This document shows positions 8,575 through 9,276 of a stretch of DNA of 9,276 nt, piece by piece. Source of the stretch: Octopus sinensis (lineage: Eukaryota); assembly GCF_006345805.1 (NCBI RefSeq), contig NW_021828006.1, positions 1-9,276 of the forward strand, read 5' to 3'. Both the position numbers and the translations under genes were made by a program. The first letter of the stretch is position 1. Each line of letters begins with the position of its first letter. The notes under the pieces are model-generated. The model was not told the origin of the DNA. It did not search any database and saw only the letters and a program-made list of their open reading frames with translations.

Positions 8575-8660
8575 CTTCTTCTTCTTATTATTATTATTGT
8601 TGTTGTTGTTGTTGTTATTATTATTATTATTATTATTGTTGTTATTATTATTATTATTAT
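8575..8660. repeat. Compound (TTC)(TTA)(TTG)n microsatellite
   Basis: Direct reading. Confidence 0.97.
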
Positions 8661-9215
8661 TGAGTGAGAGAGCAGTGCATGCCATCAAAGTGACACTAGA
8701 GTACAAATATACGAAGCCCAGTATACCCATCATGACTACCCGTCTGATAAGGGTACACCAGGCACATGCATCACAACCATATGTGCGAGACATGGTGATC
8801 TCATATGAAGATAAACAGCACATGACCTTGCAGGTGGGGCCCAGTTAGAATTTTCTTCAGGTCAGTTAACCCATCCAGCTCAAAAGGTCCCTGAATAAAG
8901 GCTGTTTAAGGATGTTGAACGAAACACCCATGTTTCCAGAGGTGAATTATTCAAACCCCAAATAATCCTTCTCAACACATGGCTATGATGCTCCCCCACT
9001 ACTTCTGCTCGTGATCAGAGATGCACATATCATCAGCCGCTAAGGGACATACTCAACTGGTTAAGGTCAAACAACAGACCAGCAAATCTGTGGTATTGAG
9101 CAGAATATTTGCTGTAGCCCATCTTTTATACCAAGACAAAACAATGAACATGATAACACTTCCAGTCAGATAAGATCAGAAGCCATGAGAGCCACTGCCT
9201 GGTACTGCATCAGGG

Positions 9216-9217
<2 letters not shown>
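8661..9217. mobile_element. 557 bp complex-sequence element with TG...CA ends, embedded in (TTA)n; class unresolved
   Basis: Sharp boundaries tgagtgagag...catcagggca between two same-orientation (TTA)n arrays, with no convincing ORF. I also recall it as a common octopus repeat (unverified). Confidence 0.6.
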
Positions 9218-9264
<47 letters not shown>

Positions 9265-9276
9265 TATTATTATTAT
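9218..9276. repeat. (TTA)n microsatellite running off the window end
   Basis: Direct reading. Confidence 0.98.

Noticed and set aside
8254-8823. 189 aa minus-strand ORF with poly-Asn
   Set aside because: It crosses a repeat element, a microsatellite and a low-complexity tract, and shows no recognisable domain.
8889-8943. Three-way-junction-like fold with GAAAC...GUU and flanking stems
   Set aside because: The segment where CUGANGA should lie reads taaaggct. The nearby minus-strand CTGATGA and CTGAAGA have no compatible stems.

Overview
Non-coding, AT-rich eukaryotic window made almost entirely of microsatellites and interspersed repeats. The repeat motifs look like those I recall from octopus genomes; this is recognition from memory, not a database hit. 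I can support no host protein-coding gene, and every supplied ORF is explained by simple repeats or decayed repeats. Contents: (TTA)n, (CA)n-derived, (TA)n and (GATA)n arrays; six tRNA-derived SINE copies or fragments; a ~1.66 kb non-autonomous Helitron-like element with internal subrepeats and a probable nested LINE RT relic; a ~226 bp AT-rich palindrome; a small foldback element; and a 557 bp TG...CA element inside (TTA)n. The main signal is four type I hammerhead-ribozyme-like motifs from three unrelated repeat families within 4.4 kb: 3233-3267 (-), 6306-6382 (+), 7355-7425 (+) and 7598-7632 (+). Two of the families carry the CCGA (U4C) core variant. These most likely derive from Penelope-like elements or retrozyme-type elements. 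Ribozyme activity is untested.
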